The notes: generated by a model not told the origin, from the letters alone. 64,000 nt of DNA from an uncultured Chloroflexia bacterium (GCA_963825525.1 CAWGTN010000002.1:1280001-1344000), one strand, 5' to 3'; counted from the first letter of the stretch, positions 10,445 to 21,053 are shown. Numbers and translations are program-made.

Positions 10445-11105
10445 GAAGCGAATACTACGCGCTGAGGCCGGATGGCAGGAGGCCATCGCCGATGCCGTTC
10501 GCCGCGCGCCGCGCCCGATCCCCCATGACGAGCGCCTCATGGCGCGGGCGACCCTGGACGATGGATCGCGCCGGTCGTATGACCGGGCTGGCTTTCCGCC
10601 GGCGCGCCACGCATCGACCCTGCTCGCCATCTATCCGCTGGCCGACGGCCGGCTGGCCGTGCCCCTCACCGTCCGGCACGCGGACATGCGGACGCACGCC
10701 GGTGAAGTGTCGCTGCCCGGAGGCGCGGTGGACCCCGGGGATGCCAGCCCGGAGGCGGCCGCCCTCCGTGAGGCATCGGAGGAGATCGGCCTGGACCCCG
10801 CCCTGGTGACGGTGGTTGGCGCGCTCGACGACGTCTGGATTCCGGGCAGCAACTTCGAGCTGCGGCCCTTCGTCGGGACGATCGGCGAGCACCCGATCCT
10901 GGTTCCGCACGACGCCGAGGTGGCGGCCCTGGTCGAGATGCCGCTCGAGGCCCTGTTCGACGACGGCGTCATCGGCATCGAGGAGTTCAGCACTCGAGGA
11001 CTCACCATCCGGGCCGGCGCGTATCGCTACGGAGGCGTGCGAGTGTGGGGTGCGACCGCCTTCACGCTCGGGATGCTCGCCCACGTCCTTAGTGGAGAGG
11101 ACTGA
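10443..11105 (+). CDS. Nudix hydrolase, CoA pyrophosphatase family (start uncertain)
   Basis: LTVR..MRTHAGEVSLPGG, AALREASEEIGL, VWGATA. Confidence 0.9.
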   Translation: MKRILRAEAGWQEAIADAVRRAPRPIPHDERLMARATLDDGSRRSYDRAGFPPARHASTLLAIYPLADGRLAVPLTVRHADMRTHAGEVSLPGGAVDPGDASPEAAALREASEEIGLDPALVTVVGALDDVWIPGSNFELRPFVGTIGEHPILVPHDAEVAALVEMPLEALFDDGVIGIEEFSTRGLTIRAGAYRYGGVRVWGATAFTLGMLAHVLSGED

Positions 11106-11111
11106 CCACCG

Positions 11112-11942
11112 TCAGCGGCGGGTCTGCAACCTGGTCTTGAGGCTGGCGAGCAGGTCCAGGATCGCGCGCTGCTGGGCCGGGGGTGCGGCCACGACGCTGG
11201 TTCGCGGTCCACGAAGGCTCGGATTCCACCACGGGCCGCCGGATACGTCAGTGACGGTGGCGCCCGATCGCTCGGCGATGAGCCCGGCCGCCGCCACGTC
11301 CCACGGCGAAAGGCCGCCGTTCTGGACGAACGCGTCGAAGCGGCCGTTGGCGACGTAGACGAGCGCCAGCGCCGCGCTGCCCATGCGCCGATGGATGCGG
11401 ATGAGCGGCGCGATCTTCCGCTCGCGTGCCAGGCCGCCGCGCCCGATGACGGCCAGGCTGACGACATAGTCGGAGAGACTCTCCTTGCTCGACGTCACGA
11501 TCTCCTCTCCGTCGAGGGTCGCCGGCCCGTCGAGGGTGGCCGCGTACATGTCGTCGCGGGCCGGATCGAACACCACGCCGACGGTCGGGACGTCGTCGAC
11601 CACCAGGCCGATGCTGACGCAGTAGTACGGGATGCCGTTCGCGTAGTTCACGGTTCCGTCGAGCGGATCGATGACCCAGGTGCGGCCATTGTGGGAGCCG
11701 TCGTCACGCAGCACGCCGGCATGTTCGCCCGACTCCTCGGCGAGGATCGCGTCGCCGGGGTAGCGCGCCCTGATGGCGTCGATCACCAGCCGTTCCGACG
11801 CGTAGTCCGCATCGGTGACCACGTCGCGCTTGCTCTTGTAGTCGATGCGCTCGAGGCGCTCGTAACTGTCGGTCAGCACCACGCCGGCACGCCGAGCGAG
11901 GTCCGTGGTGAATGCGAGCTCATCGGCCCATCGGCTGGTCAT
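11112..11942 (-). CDS. Inositol monophosphatase family protein
   Basis: DVVTDAD, WVIDPLDGTVNY, WDVAAAGLI. Confidence 0.92.
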   Translation of the reverse strand: MTSRWADELAFTTDLARRAGVVLTDSYERLERIDYKSKRDVVTDADYASERLVIDAIRARYPGDAILAEESGEHAGVLRDDGSHNGRTWVIDPLDGTVNYANGIPYYCVSIGLVVDDVPTVGVVFDPARDDMYAATLDGPATLDGEEIVTSSKESLSDYVVSLAVIGRGGLARERKIAPLIRIHRRMGSAALALVYVANGRFDAFVQNGGLSPWDVAAAGLIAERSGATVTDVSGGPWWNPSLRGPRTSVVAAPPAQQRAILDLLASLKTRLQTRR

Positions 11943-11970
11943 CAGGTGACCGATCCTACCCCGTCGGCCG

Positions 11971-12465
11971 TCAGGCGGGTCCGTCGTCGTCCGATGCGGG
12001 AGGGTTGGGGGGTGCGGTATCAGAGTCGCCTTGCTGGATGAAGCTGATCTTGCCGCGAGGCTCAAGGATGCCCCACGCCACATCGCGCATCCGGACGATG
12101 CCGGCCAGCCGCATCTCGGACTCGATCTCGGAGAGGGTGAGGCGATTGCGCCGGAGGTTGGCCTCGAGGAGCTCGCCGTCGCGGATGATGACCCGTGGCT
12201 CGCCGACCAGGAAACGCTCGGCCCGCGGGCTGAGATACCCGAACCAGCTGAACACCAGGGCCCAGAACGCGATGGCCGACACCGCGATGATCGCGCCGGT
12301 CAGGCTGAAATCGTTCTGCGTCACTCCCTGCTGGATGAGGTCGCCGATCACCACGAGCACGATCAGCTCGAAGGGTGTCATCTGGCCGAGCTCGCGCTTT
12401 CCCATCAGCCGCACCAGCAGATAGAGCGCGAAGAAGATGACAGTTGCGCGGAGGACGATGTCCAT
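11971..12465 (-). CDS. DUF421 (YetF/YcaP-like) membrane protein
   Basis: RLMGKRELGQMTPFELI, GEPRVIIRDG, ILEPRGKISF. Confidence 0.88.
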   Translation of the reverse strand: MDIVLRATVIFFALYLLVRLMGKRELGQMTPFELIVLVVIGDLIQQGVTQNDFSLTGAIIAVSAIAFWALVFSWFGYLSPRAERFLVGEPRVIIRDGELLEANLRRNRLTLSEIESEMRLAGIVRMRDVAWGILEPRGKISFIQQGDSDTAPPNPPASDDDGPA

Positions 12466-13004
12466 CAGGGAAGCACGACGATGTCAATGGCGGCGTCCAC
12501 GATCGGCTCGTCTCCGTCGTAGACCGTGATCGCCCCGGAGTTGCCCGCAACGATGTCGGGGTTCACCTGGAGATCAGCCTTGAGCATGAACTCGGTTCCC
12601 GGATTCATCGGACCGAACGTGAATCGAAACTCGCCGTCGACGGACTCCTCGTCCGTGGCGGCAGGGATCATCGTGTTCACCGTCATGTCCTCCCACAGTG
12701 ATCGCCGTACGCCGATGACCAGCTCGCCGATGCGCCGATCACTCTCAACCCCGATGCGCATCTCGAGAAATTCGCCATTTCGGATGGTCTCCGGCGAGTC
12801 GATCGTCAGCACGACGTCGTCTGCCTCCGCGCTCCAGGTGCGCTCGTGCCCCAGAACGCCCGTCAATCCGAGAATCAGGACGAGGCCGAACACAACCACG
12901 GAGAGGGGGCTTGCATGCCGCCGCCAGCCCTTGATCGGGCGGATGTGCCCTTCGTAGATGCCGTCGGGCGGCGCCGGCAGCTCGTGCGACTTCGTCACAC
13001 GCAT
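12465..13004 (-). CDS. Hypothetical single-pass membrane protein coupled to the DUF421 gene
   Basis: One TM segment then a beta-rich domain; stop overlaps the DUF421 start. Confidence 0.75.
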   Translation of the reverse strand: MRVTKSHELPAPPDGIYEGHIRPIKGWRRHASPLSVVVFGLVLILGLTGVLGHERTWSAEADDVVLTIDSPETIRNGEFLEMRIGVESDRRIGELVIGVRRSLWEDMTVNTMIPAATDEESVDGEFRFTFGPMNPGTEFMLKADLQVNPDIVAGNSGAITVYDGDEPIVDAAIDIVVLP

Positions 13005-13079
13005 CCGCAAAGCAATCTGCGGGCCAACCGGGGCATCCCGATAAGCGGCCGACAACTCGCTGGTACGCGGGCGTCTGGC

Positions 13080-13102
13080 AGTGTGCAAGTCTCTTGCACA
13101 CT
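13080..13102. promoter_or_regulatory. Perfect inverted repeat, candidate GntR operator
   Basis: AGTGTGCAAG-TCT-CTTGCACACT between divergent genes. Confidence 0.55.
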
Positions 13103-13828
13103 CCGTCGGTCGAGGCCGCCCGATTCCTTTCACGGTCTCGCCAGCCCTTACCCCAACAGATCGCCGACCAGCTGCGCCGGCAGATCGTTCGCGGCGAGCT
13201 TCGGATCGGCCAGAAGCTTCCGTCCATTCGCAAGCTCGCGGGTCTCTACGGGGTGAGCATCCCGACGATGGGCGCCGCGGTTCACGTCCTGGTTGCGCTC
13301 GGCCTAATCCGGACGTCCCACGGCATCGGCACGTTCGTCACAGGGCCCGGCCATCGGGCCAGCTTGCTCAATTACGCCTGGCGAGAAGCCTCGCTGCGGG
13401 AGTTGGCCATCGTTCGCTCGGCGATCGACGAGCGCGCCCCGGCCCTGTTCGCGAATCGCATGCGAACGTATCGGAGTGCGGTGCCGACGAGCGCGGTTTC
13501 CGACCTCAATTTCTTCGCCGTCGAGCGATCCGCCCGACGCCGTGGGGCTGCGGACCGCTTTGTGACGGCAGACCTGGCATTTCACCGCGCCATGCTTGAC
13601 GGGCTGCAGGGCATCGAGATCGGCCGCGTCCTGTATGAGCGCATTGGCGAGCGATTGCGGCCGACGCTCGAAGCCGCGGCCGCTGACATGGCCGAGGCCG
13701 AGGAGCTTGATCTCGCACACCGGGCGCTGGCACATGCCGTAGCGGATGGTGACCTGCCGCGCGCGGTGCGGACCTCACGATTCATGGCGCGGCGCGAGCT
13801 CCACTCAACGAACGTGGCGCTCGGCTAG
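13094..13828 (+). CDS. GntR/FadR family transcriptional regulator (start uncertain)
   Basis: QQIADQLRRQIVRGELRIGQKLPSIRKLA..GVS..GIGTFV winged HTH; FCD-like ADLAFHRA. Confidence 0.85.
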   Translation: MHTPSVEAARFLSRSRQPLPQQIADQLRRQIVRGELRIGQKLPSIRKLAGLYGVSIPTMGAAVHVLVALGLIRTSHGIGTFVTGPGHRASLLNYAWREASLRELAIVRSAIDERAPALFANRMRTYRSAVPTSAVSDLNFFAVERSARRRGAADRFVTADLAFHRAMLDGLQGIEIGRVLYERIGERLRPTLEAAAADMAEAEELDLAHRALAHAVADGDLPRAVRTSRFMARRELHSTNVALG

Positions 13829-13838
13829 GCTTACGCGC

Positions 13839-14564
13839 ATGCCACAGATCCACCTTCGCGCCGAGGAGGGCGATTACGCGCCTCTCGTCCTTCTGCCTGG
13901 CGATCCCAATCGCGCGCGCCGCATCTCCGAACGATTCGACTCCGGGTCGGCTCGGCTTGTGAACGACCATCGCGGAATGTTCGGCTACACCGGCACCTAT
14001 CACGGAACTCCGGTGAGCGTCCAGACCAGTGGGATGGGCACTCCCAGCCTCAGCATCGTGGTCGAAGAGCTACTGCGCTACGGAGCGAATCGGCTCATCC
14101 GTGTCGGGACGTGCGGCGGGATCGCCAAGGGCCTGAAGACCGGCGACCTGGTGATCGCAACGGCCTCCTGCCCGGTTGACGGTGCAACGGCCACCTATCT
14201 CCACGGCGAGGCATATGCGCCGGCCGCCGACTTCTCCCTGACGCGAGCCCTGGTTGACGCCGCCGCTGCAGCCGGGATCGGGGCTCGCACCGGGCTCGTG
14301 GCATCCGTCGACGTCTTCTACAACACCGACGATGACTATGCCCAGCGATGGGCGGACCGAGGGGTGCTGGCCTTCGAGATGGAGGCGTCAGCACTCTTCT
14401 TCCTCGCCGCGCGTGCCGGCGTGCAGGCCGCGTGTGCGCTCACCGTCAGCGACGTCCTCGGTGCCGACGCCACCAGCGAAGAGACCTACATGCCGCTGGA
14501 TGAGCTGGATCGCGCCATCGACCGAATGATCGATGTGGCGCTGGAGGCCGGCGCCGCCGGCTGA
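13839..14564 (+). CDS. deoD: Purine nucleoside phosphorylase, DeoD type
   Basis: VLLPGDPNRA, SGMGTPS, IRVGTCG, FEMEAS. Confidence 0.88.
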   Translation: MPQIHLRAEEGDYAPLVLLPGDPNRARRISERFDSGSARLVNDHRGMFGYTGTYHGTPVSVQTSGMGTPSLSIVVEELLRYGANRLIRVGTCGGIAKGLKTGDLVIATASCPVDGATATYLHGEAYAPAADFSLTRALVDAAAAAGIGARTGLVASVDVFYNTDDDYAQRWADRGVLAFEMEASALFFLAARAGVQAACALTVSDVLGADATSEETYMPLDELDRAIDRMIDVALEAGAAG

Positions 14565-14616
14565 GGCGGCATCGGTCCTGCGGTAGACTCGATCCGCTCG
14601 AAGGGAGGCTCTCCTC

Positions 14617-15783
14617 ATGGCCGATACGATCACGCGCGGTGCCGCGAACCAGGCCGGCGCCATCATCAACAAGAACGCGGCAGCCGAGGCGCAGGACTTC
14701 CTGCCGCTGAAGGGGATCGACCACGTCGAGTTCTGGGTCGGCAACGCCAAGCAGGCGGCCCACTACTACCGCGCCCTGTGGGGCTTCACCCCGGTCGCCT
14801 ACGCGGGTCTCGAGACCGGCGTGCGCGATCGTTCGAGCTTCGTGATGGTCCAGAACGACATCCGCTTCGTGTTCACCGCACCGCTCACGTCGGACGGCGA
14901 GATCGCGGAGCACGTGGCGAAGCACGGAGACGGTGTCCACGACATCGCCTTCGCGGTGGACGATGTCACCTCCGCGTGGGAAGAGACCACGAAGCGCGGA
15001 GCCCGATCGGCCCAGGAGCCCACCGACCTCGAGGGCAAGAAGGGCATCCTGCGTCGCAGCGCAATTCATACCTACGGCGAGGTGATCCACTCGTTCGTCG
15101 ATCGGTCCGACTACCACGGGACGTTTGCGCCCGGCTATCACCGGATCGCGGAACCGGCACCATCGGCGACCGGGCAGAGCCTGCTGGAGGTCGATCACTG
15201 CGTCGGGAACGTTGACCTCGGCGACATGAACAAGTTCGTCGACTTCTACAAGGAGACGCTCGGCTTCGCGCAGCTCATCCACTACGACGACAAGGTCATC
15301 CACACCGACTATTCGGCGCTGATGAGCAAGGTGATGCAGAACGGGAACGGCCGCATCAAGTTCCCGATCAATGAGCCGGCGGCCGGCAAGAAGAAGAGCC
15401 AGATCCAGGAGTTCCTCGACTACTACCTCGACGCCGGGACGCAGCACATCGCCCTGCGCACCGAGGACATCGTGGGAACGGTCCGCGTCCTGCGCGAGCG
15501 CGGCGTCGAGTTTCTCGGCATGCCCCACGCCTACTACGAGACGCTCCCCGACAGGGTGGGCGATGTGGGCGTACCGATCGAGACGCTCGAGGAGCTCGGC
15601 ATCGAGGCCGATCGCGACGAGGAGGGCTACCTGCTCCAGATCTTCACCCGCCCGGTGCAGGATCGGCCGACCTTCTTCTTCGAGATCATCGAGCGCCACG
15701 GCTCCCGCGGCTTCGGCGTCGGCAACTTCAAGGCACTCTTCGAGGCGATCGAGATCGAACAGGCGCGGCGCGGCAACCTCTAG
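14617..15783 (+). CDS. hppD: 4-hydroxyphenylpyruvate dioxygenase
   Basis: DHVEFWVGNAKQAA, DHCVGNV, KSQIQEFL, QHIAL, GFGVGNFKALFEAIE; GGAGG RBS. Confidence 0.97.
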   Translation: MADTITRGAANQAGAIINKNAAAEAQDFLPLKGIDHVEFWVGNAKQAAHYYRALWGFTPVAYAGLETGVRDRSSFVMVQNDIRFVFTAPLTSDGEIAEHVAKHGDGVHDIAFAVDDVTSAWEETTKRGARSAQEPTDLEGKKGILRRSAIHTYGEVIHSFVDRSDYHGTFAPGYHRIAEPAPSATGQSLLEVDHCVGNVDLGDMNKFVDFYKETLGFAQLIHYDDKVIHTDYSALMSKVMQNGNGRIKFPINEPAAGKKKSQIQEFLDYYLDAGTQHIALRTEDIVGTVRVLRERGVEFLGMPHAYYETLPDRVGDVGVPIETLEELGIEADRDEEGYLLQIFTRPVQDRPTFFFEIIERHGSRGFGVGNFKALFEAIEIEQARRGNL

Positions 15784-16414
15784 GCGCGACCGGGGGGATG
15801 CGGGCGCGTGAATGGGGTCGATGTCATCCGCGCCGGGCGCTCGGCATCTTCCTGTCCGCGGTCGCATCTCCTCGGCGAGCTGCGGCTTTCCCAGGTCGGG
15901 ATCACCTCCGCGGTGGGTCAACTGATCGCGGAGGCGCTGCCGGCATGCGCGTGGGGGACGTTGGTCGATGGCGACGGGGACGGGATGGGCAGCGCGTGAG
16001 GCCGCCTCCGACGGGGCCCGCTCCGAGGGACTGTGGCACCGAGCACAGCGTTCACGGCCAGGGTCTCGATCCCGTTGCCTCCTGTTGATGCCTTCGTGGA
16101 CGGGCGGGACGGCTGATCGTCGATCACGACGGCGACAAGTATCGAGGGTGATCCGATCACGCGCTACGTGCGCGTCCATGCGAGCGTGCCGGTTGAGCTC
16201 TATGTCGACTGCGCGGCGGGATAGGTTCGGCAGCGGTACATCGAGCTGATCGCCGGTGCGAGCGGCTCGTCCCGGTCGCGGAGTAGAACGATCCGCCCGG
16301 TGCCTTCGTCCCGGCGGAGGACGTGTTCGTGCGAGATGGGATGCGAGCAGGTCGGCACCAACTGACTCCGCGGCCCGCGCCCGATCGACGGGCATCGGGT
16401 AGCATCGGCCCTTC

Positions 16415-17850
16415 ATGAGCACGAACAAGCTGCCGACGCAGGCAGAGGACTTTCCCGCCTGGTACGTCGAAGTCGTGAAGCGCGCCGAGCTGGCCGAGCA
16501 CGGCCCGCCAAGGGCTCGATGATCATCAAGCCCCACGGCTACGCCATCTGGGAGCTGACCCAGCGCGCGCTGGATGATCGCTTCAAGGCGACCGGCCACG
16601 AAAACCTCTACTTCCCGCTCCTCATCCCGATGAGCCTGCTCGACAAGGAGGCCGCCCACGTCGAGGGCTTCGCCCCGCAGGTGGCGGTGGTCACGCATGG
16701 CGGCGGTGAGAAGCTCGAGGAGCCGCTGGCCATCCGGCCCACCTCCGAGGCCATCATCTGGAGCACCTACAAGCGCTGGATCCAGAGCTACCGTGACCTG
16801 CCGCTGCTCTACAACCAGTGGGCCAACGTCGTGCGCTGGGAGATGCGGACGCGCCTCTTCCTGCGAACCAGCGAGTTCCTGTGGCAGGAGGGCCATACCG
16901 CGCACGCCAGCGCCGACGAGGCCGTGGCCGAGACGCTCCAGATGCTCGAGGTCTACCGCCAGGTGGCCGAGGACGTGCTCGGCATCCCGGTCCACATGGG
17001 CCGCAAGTCACCCGGCGAGCGATTCCCCGGCGCCGTGGAGACCTACTGCATCGAGGGCCTGATGCGCGACGCCAAGGCGCTCCAGTGCGGGACCAGCCAC
17101 TTCCTCGGCCAGAACTTCGCGAAGGCCTACGACGTGACCTTCCTCAACGCCGATGGGGTGCAGGAGCATGCCTGGGCGACGTCCTGGGGCTTCAGCACCC
17201 GGATGGTCGGCGGCACGATCATGGCCCACGGCGACGACGCCGGGCTGCGACTGCCTCCCGCCGTGGCGCCGATCCAGGTCGCCATCGTGCCGATCGCGCG
17301 GACCGACGAGGAGCGCGCCGAGGTCCTCGAGGTCGCGGGCAAACTGCGGACGGACCTCGCAGCGCAAGGGATCAGGGTGCGGCTTGACGACCGCGACCAG
17401 CATCGGCCCGGCTACAAGTTCGCCGAGTGGGAGCTCAAGGGCGTGCCGGTGCGCATCGAGCTCGGACCGCGTGACGTGGCGGCCGGCCGCGTCGTGATGG
17501 CCAGTCGTCTCGGCGGCGAGAAGGAGGAGGTGGCCCTCGCCGACGTGGCGAGCGGCATGGCCGCGCGCCTGGCATCGGTCCAGAAGGCCCTCTACGACGA
17601 TGCCCTCGCCTATCGCGAGGCGAACACCCACCAGATCTCGTCGTTCGACGCCTTTGCCAGTGGGGTCGAGGAGCAGGGAGGATTCTGGGTCGGCGCGTGG
17701 TGCGGCGATGGTGCCTGCGAGGCCGAGATTGCCACGAAGACCAAGGCGACCATCCGGTTCCTGCCCATCGAGCCCACCGACCCCGGAGCCCCATGCGTGC
17801 ACTGCGGGAAACCGGGCGTCGACATCGCGCACTGGGCCCGGGCGTACTGA
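16415..17850 (+). CDS. proS: Proline--tRNA ligase, archaeal/eukaryotic-like type (frameshift near 16505)
   Basis: DFPAWYVEVV, RPTSE, NQWANVVRWE, LFLRTSEFLWQEGHT, C-terminal Cys cluster ending ARAY. Confidence 0.96.
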
Positions 17851-18813
17851 GTGGCCGGCCCGCACATCGTCTCGATCGACGAGATTCGTGAGGCGGCCGG
17901 GCGCATCCGCGGAGTGGCCACCCGCACGCCGCTCCTGCAGTGGGACGACACGACCTGGCTCAAGCCCGAGTCGCTCCAGCCGATCGGCGCATTCAAGATG
18001 CGCGGCGCGTACAACAAGATCGCCTCACTGAGCCGTGACGAGCGGGCGCGCGGCGTCGTGACCTACTCATCGGGCAATCACGCCCAGGCGGTCGCGCGAG
18101 CTGCACGGCTGCTCGGCGCGAAGGCTGTCATCTGCATGCCCGAGAACGCGCCAGGGGTGAAGGTCGACGGTGTGCTGCGCGACGGCGCTGAGATCGTCAC
18201 CACCGGGAACGACTCGGAGGAGCGTCACCGGCGCGCGCTTCAGCTCGTGGAGGAGCGCGGGATGGTGATGGTCGAACCGTACGACGACCCGGCCATCATC
18301 GCCGGCCAGGGGACATGCGGACTCGAGATCGTCGAGGACCTGCCCGGCGTGACGAGCGTGGTGGTCCCCGTTTCCGGCGGTGGACTGGCGGCCGGTGTCT
18401 CCACCGCGATCAAGGCCCTCGCACCCGACGCACGCATGATCGGGGTCGAGCCGGAGCTCGCGGCCGATGCCCAGCAGTCCCTGCGGCGCGGGGAGCTCGT
18501 GACCTGGACCGCCGACCAGACCGGACGGACCATGGCCGACGGTCTGCGAACGAACTCGCTCGGCCCGCTGCCGTTCGAGCACCTCCGTCGATTCATGGAC
18601 GAGATCGTGACCGTGAGCGAGGACGAGATCGCCGACGCGATGCGAATGCTCGCGAAGCGTGCCCGCCTTGTCGTCGAGCCGTCAGGAGCCGCCTCGATGG
18701 CCGCGCACCTGTCCGGCCACGTGCCGAGTGGCGATGCCGACACCGCCCGCGTGGTCGTGATCTCGGGCGGCAACGTGGACCCCGACCTCTACCTCCGCAT
18801 CCTGGCCGGCTGA
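17851..18813 (+). CDS. Threonine/serine dehydratase (PLP enzyme, no regulatory domain)
   Basis: KPESLQPIGAFKMRGA, SSGNHAQ, PVSGGGL, ISGGN. Confidence 0.92.
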   Translation: MAGPHIVSIDEIREAAGRIRGVATRTPLLQWDDTTWLKPESLQPIGAFKMRGAYNKIASLSRDERARGVVTYSSGNHAQAVARAARLLGAKAVICMPENAPGVKVDGVLRDGAEIVTTGNDSEERHRRALQLVEERGMVMVEPYDDPAIIAGQGTCGLEIVEDLPGVTSVVVPVSGGGLAAGVSTAIKALAPDARMIGVEPELAADAQQSLRRGELVTWTADQTGRTMADGLRTNSLGPLPFEHLRRFMDEIVTVSEDEIADAMRMLAKRARLVVEPSGAASMAAHLSGHVPSGDADTARVVVISGGNVDPDLYLRILAG

Positions 18814-18814
18814 A

Positions 18815-20134
18815 TCAGCCCGCCAGGATCTCGAGCGCGCGATCCAGCTGCGGGTCGGCCTCGCCGGAGGGATCGGCCGCTGCAGGCACGACCACATCGG
18901 GCGTGATCCCATCGGGCGCCGCGGACTTGTGGTCGGGGGTGAACCATCGGTCGGTGGTGATGCGCAGACCGCCGCCGTTGGGGAGGTCGTTCCAGATCTG
19001 CACCGTGTTCTTGCCGAACGTGCGCTCCCCCAGGATCGTCGCCCGACCCGTATCCTGCAATGCGCCGGCCACGATCTCGGATGCGGAGGCGGATCCACGG
19101 TCAACGAGGACCACCACCGGAATTGCATCGGTCTGGGCCAGGCCTCCCGCATCGGACTGCCAGCGCTGCACGTTGCCATCCGACTCGACGGTGAAGAGCA
19201 GCTCGCCGGCCGGCACGAACTGGCTCGCAATGCCCTGCGCGGTGGTGATGAACCCGCCGGGGTTGCCCCGCAGGTCGAAGACGATCGAGGTGGCTCCCTG
19301 CTCGAGCAGCAGCCCGAGCTCCTCGCGAAACATCCCGGTGGCACGATCGGTGAATGTGGTCAACCGGATGTAGCCGATCCCACCGTCGAGCAGCTCGGAC
19401 TCCACCTCCCGCAGATCGATGACGGCCCGGGTGATCGTGATGTCCATCTCGGTGCCGCCGCGCTCGACTGTCAACGTGACGTCGGTCCCCGCCTCGCCTC
19501 GCACGGTGAAGACGAGCGAGCTGACGGATCCACCGACCGTCGAGACTCCGTCGATCTCGCGGATGCGGTCGCCGGCCCGCAGACCTGCTTCCTCGGCGGG
19601 CGAGCCGGCCAGGGGGGCCACGACCACCATCGCGCACGTCTCGCTCACTACGGTGCACGCGGCCAGGTCATCCGGGGTTACAAGATTCTCCATCCCAACC
19701 TCGGCGCCTATTCCGCTGAACTCGCCGGACAGGTCGTCGAGCGCGGAACCGTATTGGTCGGGTGGGAGATAGCCGGAGTACGGGTCCTTGAGTCCGAACT
19801 CGACCATCCCTCGAACCGCACCGTCCACGAGGTCCTCGTCGCTGATCTCGTCGACGTACTCGCCCTTGATCTGGGCGTAGGTCTCGCAGAGGACCGCGAA
19901 TGCCTCGGAGGGCTCGGCGCATGACACGGTCTCGAGGATCGGAGTCGGCGATGGGATCCCCTCGCCCGATGGAACGGCACCCGAGGCCGAGGGGTCGCCC
20001 GCGCCGATCCCGGGCCCGTTGCCACCGACCGCCAGGCCGGCCACGAAGGTCAGGGCTCCGAAGAGAAGCAGCACGGCGACGAGTGCCGCTGCGGATGCCG
20101 CCGGAGATCGGCGCGCGGGTTCGCGTGTGGTCAT
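18815..20134 (-). CDS. ctpA: S41 C-terminal processing peptidase with PDZ domain
   Basis: N-terminal TM, DPYS, GIG PDZ, DLRGNPGG, SASASEI, TFGK, GITPD. Confidence 0.92.
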   Translation of the reverse strand: MTTREPARRSPAASAAALVAVLLLFGALTFVAGLAVGGNGPGIGAGDPSASGAVPSGEGIPSPTPILETVSCAEPSEAFAVLCETYAQIKGEYVDEISDEDLVDGAVRGMVEFGLKDPYSGYLPPDQYGSALDDLSGEFSGIGAEVGMENLVTPDDLAACTVVSETCAMVVVAPLAGSPAEEAGLRAGDRIREIDGVSTVGGSVSSLVFTVRGEAGTDVTLTVERGGTEMDITITRAVIDLREVESELLDGGIGYIRLTTFTDRATGMFREELGLLLEQGATSIVFDLRGNPGGFITTAQGIASQFVPAGELLFTVESDGNVQRWQSDAGGLAQTDAIPVVVLVDRGSASASEIVAGALQDTGRATILGERTFGKNTVQIWNDLPNGGGLRITTDRWFTPDHKSAAPDGITPDVVVPAAADPSGEADPQLDRALEILAG

Positions 20135-20206
20135 CGGCTGGGTGTCCTGTGGTACGTGAGCACGGAGGCGCATTCTCCCGCTAAACGGCTGGGCGTGCTC
20201 AGCGCA

Positions 20207-21022
20207 TCACCTGCGGAGGGCGCGCAACCCCAGGAAGATCGGGATCTCGGCATTCCCGCGGGCGTCGCCGCGCGTCCCCTTGCCGGGCCGGCGGTCGGGC
20301 GGCAGGTCCGGGATCTCGAGCATCGCGTCCACGACGAACCCCGCCTCGGCCAGGGCGTTGACGTACGAGCTGATCGGCCGATGGAAGGAGCGCGTCGGAA
20401 GGCCGCCGCCAAGCGACTTCATGGGTACGGCCATCTCGGTCAGGTATCCATCGATGCGCCGATACGTCAGCTTGCGCCCCTCGTCGAAGCCCCAGCCGGA
20501 GTGGCGCGGCTGCCGGAAGGCCGGATGGGTCATGAGCAGGATCACGCGTCCCTCCGGCGTCAGCGCCCAGTCGAGCCCGCGCGCGACCTCGCCAAGCGCG
20601 TCCATGTCCTGGATCGAGAGCATGAACGTGGCGGCATCGTGAGCCCCCGCCTCGAGACCGGCTACGGCCGGCAGGTGGCGTGCGTCACCGACCAGGAAGC
20701 GCGCGCCGCGAAGTCGTGCGTGGCGCCGCTTCGCCGATGCGATGAGCCGCGCCGATGCGTCCACCACCACCACGCCACAACCCGCCTCGACGAGGTAGGG
20801 AGCCAGGACTCCCTGGCCGCCCCCGACATCGAGAATGGACTCGCCGTCCCTCGGCTGCAGAAGGTCCAGCACGGTTGGGATCGCCAGCTCGCGATGGTAG
20901 ACGGAGCCATGGTCACCCACCCAACCGTCGTACCAGGTGGCGACGCGTTCCCAGCTCGTCTCACGCGGAGCGGACGGCGAAGGGGTCTGTCGGCGCTGGC
21001 GTGGCGCTTGGCGGGGACTCAT
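20207..21022 (-). CDS. Class I SAM-dependent methyltransferase
   Basis: ILDVGGGQG, HPAF, FHRPISSY. Confidence 0.88.
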   Translation of the reverse strand: MSPRQAPRQRRQTPSPSAPRETSWERVATWYDGWVGDHGSVYHRELAIPTVLDLLQPRDGESILDVGGGQGVLAPYLVEAGCGVVVVDASARLIASAKRRHARLRGARFLVGDARHLPAVAGLEAGAHDAATFMLSIQDMDALGEVARGLDWALTPEGRVILLMTHPAFRQPRHSGWGFDEGRKLTYRRIDGYLTEMAVPMKSLGGGLPTRSFHRPISSYVNALAEAGFVVDAMLEIPDLPPDRRPGKGTRGDARGNAEIPIFLGLRALRR

Positions 21023-21053
21023 GCGCCGAGTATGGCGCCAGCCCCCGACCGAT

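Noticed and set aside
14446-16995. 849-aa minus-strand ORF and similar long ORFs (for example 45696-48032)
   Set aside because: Antisense shadows of GC3-rich genes (hppD, proS, giant protein) with no recognisable motifs
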